63,437 nucleotides of DNA, filler included, from Circinaria calcarea (GCA_051942165.1; 30 parts of 30 records of this genome joined end to end with filler, not necessarily neighbours in it); one strand, 5' to 3'; positions 10,652 to 23,398 are shown, numbered from the whole stretch's first letter. Notes: generated by a model not told the origin, from the letters alone. Program-made: numbers and translations.

Positions 10652-12232
10652 GATGTCGATGACCCTCCGCCCATACCGAGCGCGGGCTCGTCCAGCGTGG
10701 CTTCTACCTTCATAAAATATGAGGGTAAGGTAGCCTCGGACGGAACTCGCTATACAACCCAATCGCCAAGTGGTACTGTTGTCGAGAACGACAATTCTGA
10801 TCTTCACATCCATGTGCACACATTATCGGCGGACCGTGTTGCGAGTATCTTGGACACTGATGCCGAGTGAGTTTGTTGGCTGCTGATGCGTACACACTTG
10901 AACTGACAGATTTGTTAGGAGTGACTTGACGACTGGCGAAGTAGCTCGTCGTCTCGAGCAATTTGAATCCAACAGCCTGGAAAGCTCAGGCGGCGTCCTC
11001 TGGCTGAGAACTCTGCTCAGACAGGTCTCGAACAGCTTGACCCTGGTCCTAGTCATAGCCATGGCTATCAGTTACGGCACCTCGGACTTCATTGAAGGAG
11101 GGGTCATCACTGCGGTGATTCTCTTGAATATTTTGGTCGACTTCCTCCAGGACTACCGTGCTGAACAGACCATTGCATCTCTCCAGGCCATAGCAGCGCC
11201 CATCTGCAAAGTCATTCGTGACAACGGCAATCCTTTACGATCAAGGCTGAAGATCTCATGCCTGGAGATATTGTCCAAGTTGGTATCGGTGACATCGTGG
11301 CCGCTGATCTTCGTCTTGCTAGCAGCATCAACTTGTCCTGCGACGAAAAGCTTTATTGACCGGAGAATCAAGTCCCTCTGCAAAGAACGCCGATTTTATC
11401 TCGGACAAGCTCGCTACAGCAGTTGGCGATCGAGTCAACATTGCCTACTCGTCCACGACTGTGACCCGTGGCAAAGGTGCTGGTATAGTCGTGGCCACTG
11501 GCATGGACACAGAGATTGGCAGGATTGCGCTTTTTCTCCATGACAAGAAGGTGCCTTCCGAGGTTCCATGGTACAATCAAGTTGATAAGAGAGCTTCGCA
11601 TGGAGTCAGGAATGCCCTCGGTCTCAAGGGCACTTCGTTACAGAACAAACCTTCATGGTTTGCCTTGTTTCTTTTAGGTCTTGCTATCTTGCTAGCCATC
11701 ATTGTCTTCTCCGTCAATCTGTGGGATATCGACGACGAGACGATGATTCATGGCATTTGCGTGGCAGTGGCTGTCATTCCAGAATCTCTAATTGCCGTCC
11801 TAACAGTCACTTTGGCCGTAGGATCTAAGGCCATGGTAAAGAGCAATGTCATTGTTAGGAATATCGGCGCTCTCGAAGCTATTGGTGGCGTCACCAAAAT
11901 TTACTCTGACAAAACTGGCACCTTCATCCAGGGGAAGATGATGGTGAGAAGGATTTTCCTCCCCAGCGGGCGTCGCTTACAAGTACACAATGAGTCCAAT
12001 TCTCTTAATCCGACGGCAGGTGATCTGAAATAAGAGGGCAATATAGTTCGAGTAGAGGATGTGGCATGATGAAATAATCAAGCGTCTGTTCCAGATTATG
12101 GCTTTGTGTAATGTTTCCACCGTCTCTGGCAACGAGCCAAGTTGGACAACAACCGGCGAGCCAACTGAGATCGCTCTTCAAGTCATGGCAATGCGAGCGG
12201 GAGCCAGTAAAGTCGATATACATAGCTCTTGA
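10652..12232 (+). pseudogene. Disrupted, truncated ENA-type (P2D) Na+/K+ P-type ATPase
   Basis: Motifs QDYRAEQT, PGDIV, ADLRL, LLTGES, AVIPESL, SDKTGT, LCN and GEPTEIALQV lie in changing frames. Frameshifts near 11229, 11347 and about 12060, in-frame TAA at 12031, and similarity ends about 450 nt before the contig end. One intron near 10867-10918. Confidence 0.82.
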
Positions 12233-13957
12233 TGTTTTAAGGTTATCTTGATTCTGCTTTCTTCATATAAGATTCCTCAAGTGATCCAACACGCCAGAAG
12301 CGTAATCAACTGAATCCTCATAGAAGCGAGATATGCAGCATTAGAGACGCATTGACACGAACCACCTCCCATCATGTCGATCCACAAGCTGTCTACCACC
12401 AACTGTCTCTCTCAGTTCCTCCGCTGAGTGAGATGCTATGGTCACAACTCCCAATGATAGCAAATGACCGAGAGCCCCCTAAGCCAGGCTTCGCGCTTGA
12501 CTGGAGTGACAGTACACCCGTCCCCCAAGGCCAGAAAAAGAGAAGAGTAAAATAACGCCGATTAGAAAAGGCCCAAGCAAATGTAGGCTAAGTCATTTCT
12601 CATCACCGCCCTGCTGACTTCCTTTCCGGATAGGGCCAGAACTGTCTTCACCCAAAGGAATCTGTCTGGAGATGTGATGNNNNNNNNNNNNNNNNNNNNN
12701 NNNNNNNNNNNNNNNNNNNNNNNTTAATTAATTAANNNNNNNNNNNNNNNNNNNNNNNNNNNNNNNNNNNNNNNNNNNNGAAGAAATGGGGGGAGGGAGA
12801 TAGGGAAGGGAGGGAGGATCGGCTACGTTTGAAAGCCGCAGAAACCATTGGCGCATGTGTGAACCGCCAGAATGGCTGGGAGGGTTTTGGGATATATAGG
12901 ATCGCCAATATGTTTAGCTACCTCCTTGCACCCAAACTCCTATTCGGTTGCCAGCATCGACAGCCTTCGTTATGATCGGTGTGACCGGTCCTGGGGGCCA
13001 AACTCATTTCTCCGGGCAACAGGGACAATATCGTCCCGTTCCATCTCTCTAGTGAATTCAAGAAATAATAATATCGCCTTTCTGACACCAATAGGGATTT
13101 CTTTCCTGAATCGCGTCGAATGGGAAACGCTCCGCCCGGACTCTGATACAGTATATATTAGTCCTGGAGCCGCGACTTTTCTGCATCGAAATGCTTATTA
13201 TATCGCTATCACCGCCAGCGTTGATCTCATCCTTACATGGAAGCAGGTCCGAAGGCCTCTCGGCGCTCTGCTCAGCGTGTGCGTACTGGCCCCTGACGGC
13301 GTCATTTCACATGGAGGCAGAGCTTTTCATGCCGCTCAGCCCTATCAGATCAATGGCCGTGCGGGGAATGAACGGAGTGGTCTGTCGGGGCTGAACGCGC
13401 TTCCGCCACATGCAAGTATTACGCTTTTCCAGCAGAGTGAAAAGTGGGTAAGCAGGACGGATGAGCTGCAGTCGTGCACGTGGAAAGCGGTGGGGAAAGG
13501 CGCGCCTGTCGCTAATTGTAAGACACCGTAACATTTCTCAAGGGAACAATTGGAAACTGTCTGCTGGTCCCACGGTCCGCACTGAGGGTGACCTGCAGAT
13601 CCGAGGGTATTTTAATGGGCCGCGGTCCAAACAAGCTTTATTGTTAACTGGCACGGCATATAGGGCTGAATGTCACATAATTCCGCGTACTAGGCATCGG
13701 GCTGAAAAGACCTCTAACTAAAATCAAAATGTTTAAAGAAATACCTTTATCAAACTACCGCAGCATTTGTCAAAACACATAATGGAATTCCACATTAACG
13801 TCCCCTTCCCCTACTCTCCTCCTGTCCACCTCCCTCTCTAACTACTAACCGTCACCCCTCCTCCCCTCCTCTAGGTTCTGCTTTGCTTCTTCGCGGTTCG
13901 TCTTGTGTACTTAGACCACCCTAACTAGTAATTCCAGTTAATCTTAAGCCCCTAGAT

Positions 13958-14316
13958 CTAATTCCTGACAACCGCTCCACTATCGGCGTCTGCAAGGATA
14001 TCCAGTCTCTCTGTCGTGCTTTCGAACGATTGATCCGAGTCGGTACAGTCGCTCCCTTCTTCTTCACAAAGTTTGTCCAAATCCAATGGCATTGGTGGAA
14101 CCAGACCAGATTCAAGCATGCTTGCTGGGCTCTTCGTCATCTCCGTTTGGTGATTAATGATACCTATCAAGTCATTAAAAGCTCGTATTAGCTCCTCATC
14201 AGCATTTGATCGCTCGCGCAGACGAGTTGCAAAGTCGCTAAGGACGTAATAGCTCTCATATTTCAGCTTCAAGTGATCCGTACTTGTAAGGATATGTATG
14301 GTCTCAGTGTCGGCAT
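13958..14316 (-). pseudogene. 3' fragment of an unknown protein-coding gene whose frame runs into a transposon-like end
   Basis: Protein-like frame DADTETIHILTSTDHLKLKYESYYVLSDFATRLRERSNADEELIRAFNDLIGII... with an acidic tail; no in-frame ATG before the repeat boundary at 14317. Confidence 0.45.
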
Positions 14317-14806
14317 CAGGGCCGCCAGTAGTCCAGTAGTCCGGACTGCCAGTTTACGCACTATCAGTCTTAGTCCAGGGTAGCTGGATTAAACTGGATT
14401 ATCAGTCTGGACTACAGTCCAGGTAAGAAATTAATCGTAAGAAGAATGGTGGGTAGTTTTCAGAATTTTAATACGGTGGCATGAATGAACATTAATACAA
14501 CATCGAAATTTTTTCGAAATTTTTTTTTAGAATTTTTTTTTTAAAAAATCAAAATCTCTTTTCGATTTTACGCACATCAGCTTTTATTATTTTTATTATA
14601 ATAATTATTATAACAGCAGCGATAACGCATATAATTAAATAAATAGCTCAAAATAATATTATTACGAAAATAAACCTCTTCTATTTATATTATAATTATT
14701 CACTCGTAGATTCATAATAAATTACAAAGCCTTATTTATAATATAAAATTAATAAATAAAGAGCGTAATTATAGAAATTAAAGTAAGGGGGGGCGTAATA
14801 TTAATA
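14317..14806. mobile_element. Probable DNA transposon end (hAT/MITE-like) followed by AT-rich decayed interior
   Basis: Starts CAGGGCCGCCAG, followed by clustered AGTCC/GGACT motifs in both orientations (14330-14420), then an abrupt shift to very AT- and TpA-rich DNA. Confidence 0.55.
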
Positions 14807-16088
14807 NNNNNNNNNNNNNNNNNNNNNNNNNNNNNNNNNNNNNNNNNNNNTTAATTAATTAANNNNNNNNNNNNNNNNNNNNNNNNNNNNNNNNNNNNNN
14901 NNNNNNGCCCTTCGCCTAATTGTATGTAATCGAATATATAAACCACCCTCCTTCCCACTCCACACCCCCAATTTTTAAATCGGCGAATAATCTGCAAATA
15001 AGCCCTGTCGCTGGGGGGAAATAAAAAGATTTTGTTGAAAAAATCAAATAAAACGAACGGCGATTAAAAATTTCCCGCCGGCAGAAAAATGGATCGGAAG
15101 GGTGTGCGTGCGTTCGGCGATGATGGTGTGTCGTGTGTAGAAGTAGTGAGTGGGGTGCGCGTGGGAGTAGTGAGAAGGTGAACTGCCATCTTCAGGGATG
15201 GCCCGTGGCAGATGAAATTCCGCCGTTCCTTTTATGGAATCAAAAATCTTGACATCTCCCTCCCGTTTTTTTCTCGTCCCTACTACCCTACCTAGCTTTT
15301 CCCCGTGAATCCTAACCCGAATTTTTTTTTTTTTTTTTTTCAGTCGAGGAACCTCGAACCCGGGGTTTTCTTTCTTTGGCGATTGAATTGGAAATTTTCT
15401 TCTTCTTCTTACCTCAGCTGAACTTAAAACTAAAACTAAAACTAAAACTTATAACTAGAGTACCGAACAGAAGAATATCACAGACCTCAGTCGGAGTTGG
15501 GAGTTTGCCGTTTGCAGTTCACATTTCACATTCGAGCCAGGAATAAGAGAAGGGGGGGGGGAGGGCTTACCCCTTGCCCCTACCCTTGGCCCTGGCCCCC
15601 ACACAAATGTGTTGATAAAAACACAAACTGTAACACGGGTAACGATAATGAAGAAAAAGTTAATAAGGGAATACAAACAAGTATACATAGCTAGCCGATT
15701 CGCCCTGGAGAATTTTTTTGGAATTTCCTGTGGATTTCTTTTGATTTGAAATTAGGATTGAAGTTGGAATTGAGATTGTAAGCTGGAGCCAAACGGTACG
15801 GAGTACTGGACCCGGTAAGAGGAGTCTAATTACTGATAAAATGGTCTATGCAACTACCTCCATACCAAATGCCCGACCATGTCTGAAGTTTCTGTAGTGC
15901 CCACTGCAAAGATTCCTCCTTCCTTGAAATTTGCCAAGCTATATTATGTTTATCCATCGCTAACTCTGACCCCATTAAATCCACGCACCGACTACCAGAA
16001 ATTTCCATAAACGCCATAGTGCTATGCATGCATACGCTTCTAAAATTCCGAACCTAAACCTCAAACCCGAATTCCCAAGATCTACAGA

Positions 16089-16932
16089 TCAAGCAAAATA
16101 CGATCTCCACAACACCCCTTCCAGTCCCTCAATCTGCTCCGGGGAAAATGCCTGTAATCAAACCGGAATCAGCCACATACTTTCTTAACTTGCTTACTCA
16201 CCCGTTCAACGGAAAACTTATATAGAAGAAGAAAGTACATACTTTGAGATCCACATGCCAAGTATCTTGCCTCGTCTTCTTAAACGCCGCCAAGATGGTT
16301 TTAACCTCATTCCCCACCATCCCCGGCTCCCCGCTTGCTTTATTCGCCAGCGTAGCCAGGATCCCTGGGACCCAGGCTGGCGGTGGAGATGTGTATGGAA
16401 ACGCCTGGATGAGAGCACCCAAGCCCAGGACAGCAGCGTGGCGGGTGACGATCAACTTTGTGTGTTCAGGCGTCGGGGTGCTGGTACCAGTCGATGGGGC
16501 GGAGAGATCTTTACGGGGCCGTTTGGGTAAGGGGGACTGGAGGAGCATGGTCGTGAATTTGTTGTTCAGGTCTTTGACCACGGTGTCGCGGAGAGTAATG
16601 GGTGAACAGCGGATCATGCCGGAGAGCGTGGTGGCGGCGCCAAGACGGACTTCAAGCTGAGTATCGGTGAGCATACTGGCGACGCAGTCGAAGAGGGATT
16701 GTTGCTGCAAATTGGACATGAGGAAGAGACGGCGAAAGTAAATAATTTGCATGATGATGAGTACCCGCATACGTTGATGCCAAAAGGGAGAGGTCTTCCC
16801 AATCCGGATGAGGGAGGCAATAAGTTCGGTGTCTTCGCCGCTTCGGTGAGGAATATTGGATATGTGCCTGAAGACCAGGTAGGCGAGACTTTGCAGTTCC
16901 TGATCTTCCTTGATATCCATCATATGCAGGAG
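16089..16932 (-). CDS. BLM10: Proteasome activator Blm10/PA200 C-terminus (5' partial); intron 16242-16152
   Basis: WHQR, LEVRLGAATTLSGMIRC, RHAAVLGLGALIQAFPY and FKKTRQDTW motifs; spliced last exon AFSPEQIEGLEGVLWRSYFA* gives the terminal YFA HbYX-type motif. Confidence 0.95.
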
Positions 16933-17113
16933 NNNNNNNNNNNNNNNNNNNNNNNNNNNNNNNNNNNNNNNNNNNNTTAATTAATTAANNNNNNNNNNNN
17001 NNNNNNNNNNNNNNNNNNNNNNNNNNNNNNNNAATCTAAATTTCTACAAGTGATTCCTTGCCCCCGTTATCGATTTATCGTTCAAAATCTTTCATATATC
17101 TGTATACCCTATC

Positions 17114-18157
17114 ATGGCTTCGAGTACCCAAGAAGAGAAGTTTGTAGCGTCTCGACCTTTACTCGAGGACGAAGAATTCAGTCATGATGGAGAGTTACAC
17201 CACACCAAACTCAGAAAAGGCCGTAGTTATGTGTCGCGTTATTCGTTTCTCTTCCACATGACGCTTATACTTATATACACAACTGTGTGTCTAATTGCTA
17301 TAATCACTTTCGAACAATCAACCTATATACCGAAACTGCTTCCATGTACGTCTCGAAGCTCTACCACAAAGTTACCTGCAAGATATCTAAGCAGGCTTTA
17401 GTACCAGCACGAGAAGCGCTTTACTGGGAGTTGCGATCGTTTCCTACAAATCTTGACAAGAACCCATTCACGGGAACGCCTCGTCGCGAGTTGGATCAAG
17501 CATGGCATGAGTTACTTCAAAGTAATAGTGTTGCTTAGATCGAAAGCATAAGACTGACGGCTGTCTTAGATGACAATATACGCCTTCCTTCCAAAGATCT
17601 CGAAGCTCTCAAGCAAAGCTCTGTGTATGTAAGAGGTAGCTCTGATGTTATAGCATCTCTTGGATCTTTCCATGCTTTACACTGTCTGGTAAGCCCTTCA
17701 CCTTTGCCCAATGTTCTACCTGTATCTAGTCTTGCACGTTAGCTAACATTATTTGGTATAGAAGAAAGTTCGGCAGATGGTTCATCGTGATTATTATCAT
17801 TTGAACAAAAGTGAGGTTCAGATGTCTCGCGAGGAGGGACACGTAGGTAAGCTTCTTTAAACCCACTAATTATCCTTGCCGCTAACCGTGTTAGATCACT
17901 GCGTGGAATATATAAGGGAGTACTTGATGTGTCACCCAGATCTATCTCTTATTACCTTTCACTGGATCAACGAAACTTCGAAGTATGAACCATCAATGCG
18001 GTTACCCACTACTTGGGATCACTCTCTTCACGAGTGTGCCAATTGGGATGCTTTGAACGACTGGGCTGGTAAACGAGTATTTGATCTGTATCAATACAAC
18101 CTGCTGCGAGAACCGAAACACGGGCTTAGTTATGAAGAGGATAGCCAGGAAACTTAA
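17114..18157 (+). CDS. UstYa/DUF3328 family oxidase, complete, 5 exons (introns 17346-17401, 17522-17569, 17689-17761, about 17847-17894)
   Basis: N-terminal TM helix; G-x-P...LDQAWHELL; two HxxHC motifs after splicing (FHALHCL and GHVDHCVEYIREYLMCHPD); HECANWDALNDWA. Confidence 0.93.
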
Positions 18158-19560
18158 CAGGCGATTACTATCAAAGTAATACCTATGTTTCGTCCCTACG
18201 ATTTATTCTATCTGGCACACTTTAAACCTGGCGTACTACAACTTATAGTATCTACGCCTTATGCCATACGTATATTCATTGCATCACAACACCTCAAAAA
18301 CCTAACTTAGTTGAGTTATTTCATCATCTAGTTGTTAAGCAGTAATATGTATGGTGGCATGTATTGCTACCGGAGTGTGAAACTAAGTAAACTACCTATG
18401 CTACGAAAAAGTACTTTTATGGGGTGTGTGGAGATTGTAGAGCATGGACCACGCATTACGCGCAGGTAACACGTGATTCGGTAAGCCCTATGACTCCAAT
18501 ACTAGTTTGGGATATAGGTTTCAAGTGGCTAAGCAATTATCCGATTGATGCTCGAAACCTGTGCCATTGATCCGCGGTGTTGGCTGAAAACTGGATAGTA
18601 TTTCTGGCGGTGAGGGGGAATGTAAAGACGGCAGGAGCCTTTGCAGATCTGTAGACAACATCAGCTCTTTTCTTGCCGCTATTTGGCTAGGGAAAGGGGC
18701 TGCTCGGAAAGAAATATACTTGCCAGGGTTAACTTCAGTGATCATCGGTCTAAGCATTACAGAATTATCATGCTTCCGAATTATCCGAGCCTGTTAGCTA
18801 TGTCCAGTGTAGACATCCTTCATCATCGCCGCAGCCACTGATCATAAGGGGAATTCTAGACTACGGCAAAAGTTGGCTATAAGGTTTATGAAACGTGCCC
18901 GAGGCGAGAATGAACAGATAGCCCCAACAAGGGTCCCTGTGCCTTGTTTTTGGAACTAAGGTTCACAGGGGGCGGCATAAGTCATGGCACCACCCGCTAT
19001 CTCCTTCTAAACCCTATTCTTTATATATCTATTACTCTTTCAAAAGGCTTAAATNNNNNNNNNNNNNNNNNNNNNNNNNNNNNNNNNNNNNNNNNNNNTT
19101 AATTAATTAANNNNNNNNNNNNNNNNNNNNNNNNNNNNNNNNNNNNNNNNNNNNGGGTTCAAGGGGCAAAGGGAGAAAAAGTTTTTTTTTTTTCTGTTAA
19201 TAAAAAAAAAGGGGGCCAGTTGAAACGTACGGGTAAGTGTCTACTTACTACACGACCTATTGGTGGAGCCACTATTGCATTAAGGGGTTGATTAACCAGC
19301 TACGCTGTGTGGGGCGACATATATACTCGCCCGCTACTACGCTATTCCCCTATTCCCCTATTCCCCTATTGGGTGTTGTTCTATAGCAACTCGCTAGGAA
19401 GGAGGAAGGCACCGTATTTCAATTGGGGCAAAAGATTAAAAAAAAATCCCATCATCAGTCTTGAAACTTTTTTTTACCGTTCCACCGTTCACCGCTACCG
19501 TTCACCGTCACCGTCGGAGCTTTTACTTCTATTTGGTCGAAACAAATGATATGGTATATC

Positions 19561-19616
19561 AGCATAGCAGAGCAGAGCATAGCATAGCATAGCATATCAG
19601 CATAGCATAGCATAGC
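19561..19616. repeat. (AGCAT)n microsatellite
   Basis: About 11 near-perfect pentamer units. Confidence 0.9.
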
Positions 19617-19885
19617 TACCAGATAATGGAAAAACTCGCATAGAATTTATTAGCATTAATTGTTAGGGGTTACATTAGCGTCAGTCAGCATTAGCTATAT
19701 GTACCAAGACTGCCCCGGTATTGGTATCCCGCAAATTCCCCAAAACCAGCACCAGCACCAGCACCGAGAAACAAGTACATCCACAAGGGGGGTATCGAAA
19801 AAAGACAAAAAAAAAACAAACTGCTCAAGGGATCGCCAAGACCGGCAAAACTCGCCGAGAGGATGCAGCAAATGCCCAAAAACCC

Positions 19886-19930
19886 CAGTCCAGTCCAGTC
19901 CAGTCCAGTCCAGTCCAGCCTAGCCCAGCC
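19886..19930. repeat. (CAGTC)6 microsatellite decaying into CAGCC units
   Basis: Directly visible tandem pentamers. Confidence 0.9.
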
Positions 19931-20027
19931 CCAGCCATAAAACCAAAGCTAAACGCCCTTCCGATGCTATTACTTCCTCCGCTTCCTATCCATAAACCCC
20001 TCGTAAACGCTTTGGCATTAAACCCCC

Positions 20028-21176
20028 TTATACCTCCTCCCCACTAGCCAACCACTTCCTCACACCCTCTCTCAACGTACTATCCACTCCCCCTCTCGCC
20101 CTTTCTCCTCTTCCTCTCTCCTTCTCTTGCTCCTCGCTCACGCTCCTCACGACCTGCTCCAGCGCCCCCAACACCATACGCCTACACTCCCCGTGTGGAA
20201 CCTCCAACGCCGGTCCTTCTGTCCCCATACCCGTAGCGGCACCTCTCTCGGAACGAGCAGGGGATGGAGCGCGCGAATGAACGCGAGATGAATGACCGCT
20301 TTGGGCCAAGACTCGCTCGACAGCGTCGATGAGGGTGGGGTCCATGTCCATCAAAGGCTCCGAGATGAGAGATTCTTCAAACGAAGCGGGCTCGGCTTGA
20401 GGCGGACTTTCGACAGATGATTGGTCGCCAGAGGTGGGGTTCTTTTGTCTCCGTCGCAGTCGGAGTCGTCGAATGGAAAAATTGGTAGTATCCGCAATCA
20501 GCGTCGTAGAGACATCTGTCCATTTACCGGATGGTGGTTCTGAACTTGGTTCCACCACTTTAGGCAAAGCTAAGCGTGCCTCACTAAGCATAGATTCCTT
20601 CACATCTTCCTCTAACGCTTGATAAGGTCGCACCGCTTGCAAAGAAAAGTCCTGGTGATACCTCTTTAGCCAGCCGGCGACGTCAATGACCGGATCAGAT
20701 GGCATCCTCGGAGAATCCGGCATACCATAGGGTGAGTGGTGCTCATGAAAGCTATTGGGGGCGGTTCTCTGTATCTGTGACGAGCTAAAAGACGACCCCA
20801 ACGACGAGGCAAAAGAATGGCAACGAGGCAACTCGATGTCGATAGTACCATCTTCCTCGTTGACCGCTAGCTTTAGAGGGGTCCGCCACGACTTGGATGA
20901 TGGATGATTAGGTTTCCCATCTGCCATCTCATCTGGAGAGGTGATTTGTTTCTGCTTGAACATTTCTTCCAAAGAAGCCGGCTTTCGTGAATTCTGCCCA
21001 TCGGCAACATGTCCCTCATCTCCCTTGACCAAATTTGGGGAAACCTCCTCCACCATGCGGGCAAGTCTACCTGGTGCAGGTAACCTCATCAAATCCTTTC
21101 GTGGCCGTGAATCTGCAGGAGACTCTTGAGACGAAGCCAAAGCATCACCATCATCGGTGGAAGAACCTCTTCTGAT
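20028..21176 (-). CDS. LST4: Folliculin-interacting protein (Lst4/FNIP) C-terminal part, 5' partial
   Basis: Frame open to contig end; VAGWLKRYHQDFSLQAV and TLIADTTNFSIRRL resemble the FNIP C-terminal motifs (G...PDFVLQG and CIIAD..W.V) as recalled. Confidence 0.65.
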   Translation of the reverse strand: MRRGSSTDDGDALASSQESPADSRPRKDLMRLPAPGRLARMVEEVSPNLVKGDEGHVADGQNSRKPASLEEMFKQKQITSPDEMADGKPNHPSSKSWRTPLKLAVNEEDGTIDIELPRCHSFASSLGSSFSSSQIQRTAPNSFHEHHSPYGMPDSPRMPSDPVIDVAGWLKRYHQDFSLQAVRPYQALEEDVKESMLSEARLALPKVVEPSSEPPSGKWTDVSTTLIADTTNFSIRRLRLRRRQKNPTSGDQSSVESPPQAEPASFEESLISEPLMDMDPTLIDAVERVLAQSGHSSRVHSRAPSPARSERGAATGMGTEGPALEVPHGECRRMVLGALEQVVRSVSEEQEKERGRGERARGGVDSTLREGVRKWLASGEEV

Positions 21177-21276
21177 NNNNNNNNNNNNNNNNNNNNNNNN
21201 NNNNNNNNNNNNNNNNNNNNTTAATTAATTAANNNNNNNNNNNNNNNNNNNNNNNNNNNNNNNNNNNNNNNNNNNN

Positions 21277-23297
21277 AAATCGGTCTTCGAACGGCAAAAG
21301 GCGGAAGCAGAAGCGAAGCGTGCAAGGGAACAACAAGAGACGGCAGCAGTATATGAGGACTTTGTGAAGTCGTTTGATGATGCGGATGATACTCTACCGT
21401 CAGCAAACAGTGAAAAAGGGCTAGGGGGCGGCGCTTCCGGACCTGGTGGTGCTCTTGGAGGGCCGTCAAAGCGGCATTTCAGCGGGCCACCTACGGGTCC
21501 AAATACGAGAGGTGGAGGGCTAGGCTTGGGCAGGGGGGCCAGCGGCCCTGGAAGTCTTGGACCACCGCCTTCAGCATTATCGAGAAAACGGGCATACGAT
21601 GGAACGCTGTCTTCTCAACGCGACTCCAGTCAGGGAATATTTGCATTCGAAGACTCCACTACAGGAGTGGTAACTGCCAAAGCAGCCTTCCAAACATCAG
21701 ACGATGAGGAAGAAAGGACAGGCAGGACAAGAGCACATGAAAGGGCCGCGCCGAAGCCTACGATTCATTTGTCTTCATTGCCACCGGGTACATCTCAAGC
21801 AGTGATTAAATCCATTCTACCTCCCAATCTCAATGTGGATACAATTCGTCTCCTACCCCCGTCTGGACCAGGCACAATGGAACGTCGATCTCTTTCGGCA
21901 ATTGTTACTTTGGCAAAAGATACACCTGCGATTGATATCGATACCGCCGTCAGTGCTTTACAAAACAAATATCTAGGTTGGGGCTTCTATCTTTCATTAT
22001 CACGGCACTTGTCATCGGCCGCAGTTGGATCAGGCTTACCCGGACCGATTGGACTACCTTCTAATTCGTCACTTCCATTTGGTGCAAAGCCAATTCCTAG
22101 TGGACCTGGAGGAGGTCTATCGCGGGCTCCACCGCCAGGATCACATCGCGGTGGATTTGCACCTCCTACCTCATATACGTCTGCTGGTCCTGGGTTGTAT
22201 GGAAGAGGTGCACCACCTGTGCAAGTCAATGTCACTCCACCTTCCGATCTAAAGCAGCTAAAACTTATACACAAGACACTTGAGGCACTGCTCACCCATG
22301 GGCCTGAATTCGAGGCCCTCTTGATGAGTAGGGCTGACGTCCAAAAAGACCAAAAGTGGGCGTGGCTATGGGATCCTAGGAGTGCTGGAGGAGTATGGTA
22401 TCGATGGCGGCTGTGGGATATCCTTACTGGTGCTCAAAAGAGAATCAAAGTTGGCAGAACCCGAAACTCCGATGCGGTTCAAACCGTCTTTGATGGTGGG
22501 GCTACATGGGCTGCGCCGGAAAGGGTACTTCCTTTTGAATACGTTACAGATATTGAAGAATTCGTCTCAGATTCGGAATACGATTCTTCCGAGGATGAAG
22601 ACTCTGGCGATGAGGGACGGCGACGACATCAACACTACCAAGGAGGAGCTCCACCACCAGAGGGAATGTTGGGTATTACAGATGTCGAGTCCCAAGCATA
22701 TCTCAATCCACTACAAAAGGCAAAGCTCGTCCACCTTTTAGCTCGCCTGCCTACAACGAATGCGAAGCTGCGGAGGGGCGATGTTGCACGTGTTACTGCC
22801 TTTGCCATCCAACGTGCTGGTGAGGGTGCTGAGGAAGTCGTCGACATGATTACAGCCAATGTACACAATCCGTTTGCCTTTTCCAGTGCCAATTCTGAAC
22901 GGAAAAGTGGCATGGAGGAGTCTGCTCAAAAAGAGGATGAGGAAGACATGGGAGATGACAAGAAACCTGCTGAGAAAGAAGACTCATCATCTGCAAGGCT
23001 CATAGCTCTCTATATAATCTCCGATATACTTTCCTCCTCTTCTACCAGTGGTGTTCGACATGCATGGCGTTACAGGCAGCTTTTCGAAGCTGCTCTCAAG
23101 CAAAAGAAAACATTTGAGTCCCTCGGTCGTATGGAGAAAGAGATGCACTGGGGCCGTCTGCGAGGTGAGAAGTGGAAGCGAAGTGTTAATAGTGTACTAG
23201 CCTTGTGGGAGGGTTGGTGTGTGTTTCCGCAGGCAGCACAGGAGCATTTTGCCTCGGTATTCATGAATCCTCCTCTGACAGCCAAAGAGGCAGCAGC
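21277..23297 (+). CDS. U2 snRNP-associated SURP-motif protein (U2SURP/SR140-like), partial at both ends
   Basis: N-terminal KSVFERQK...AAVYEDFVKSF; degenerate RRM; SURP (IHKTLEALLTHGPEFEALLM...WYRWRLW); CID domain (ALYIISDILSSS...WRYR...VLALWEGWCVF). Confidence 0.88.
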
Positions 23298-23398
23298 NNN
23301 NNNNNNNNNNNNNNNNNNNNNNNNNNNNNNNNNNNNNNNNNTTAATTAATTAANNNNNNNNNNNNNNNNNNNNNNNNNNNNNNNNNNNNNNNNNNNNC

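Noticed and set aside
12872..13531. 219-aa ORF
   Set aside because: No recognisable motif or coding-like composition; probably a chance ORF in intergenic DNA.
16152..16242. Nested intron (stwintron) in BLM10 suggested by internal GTGAGT/GTAAGC/GTATGT
   Set aside because: A single splice gives the correct frame and C-terminus, and no internal branch/acceptor pair is needed.
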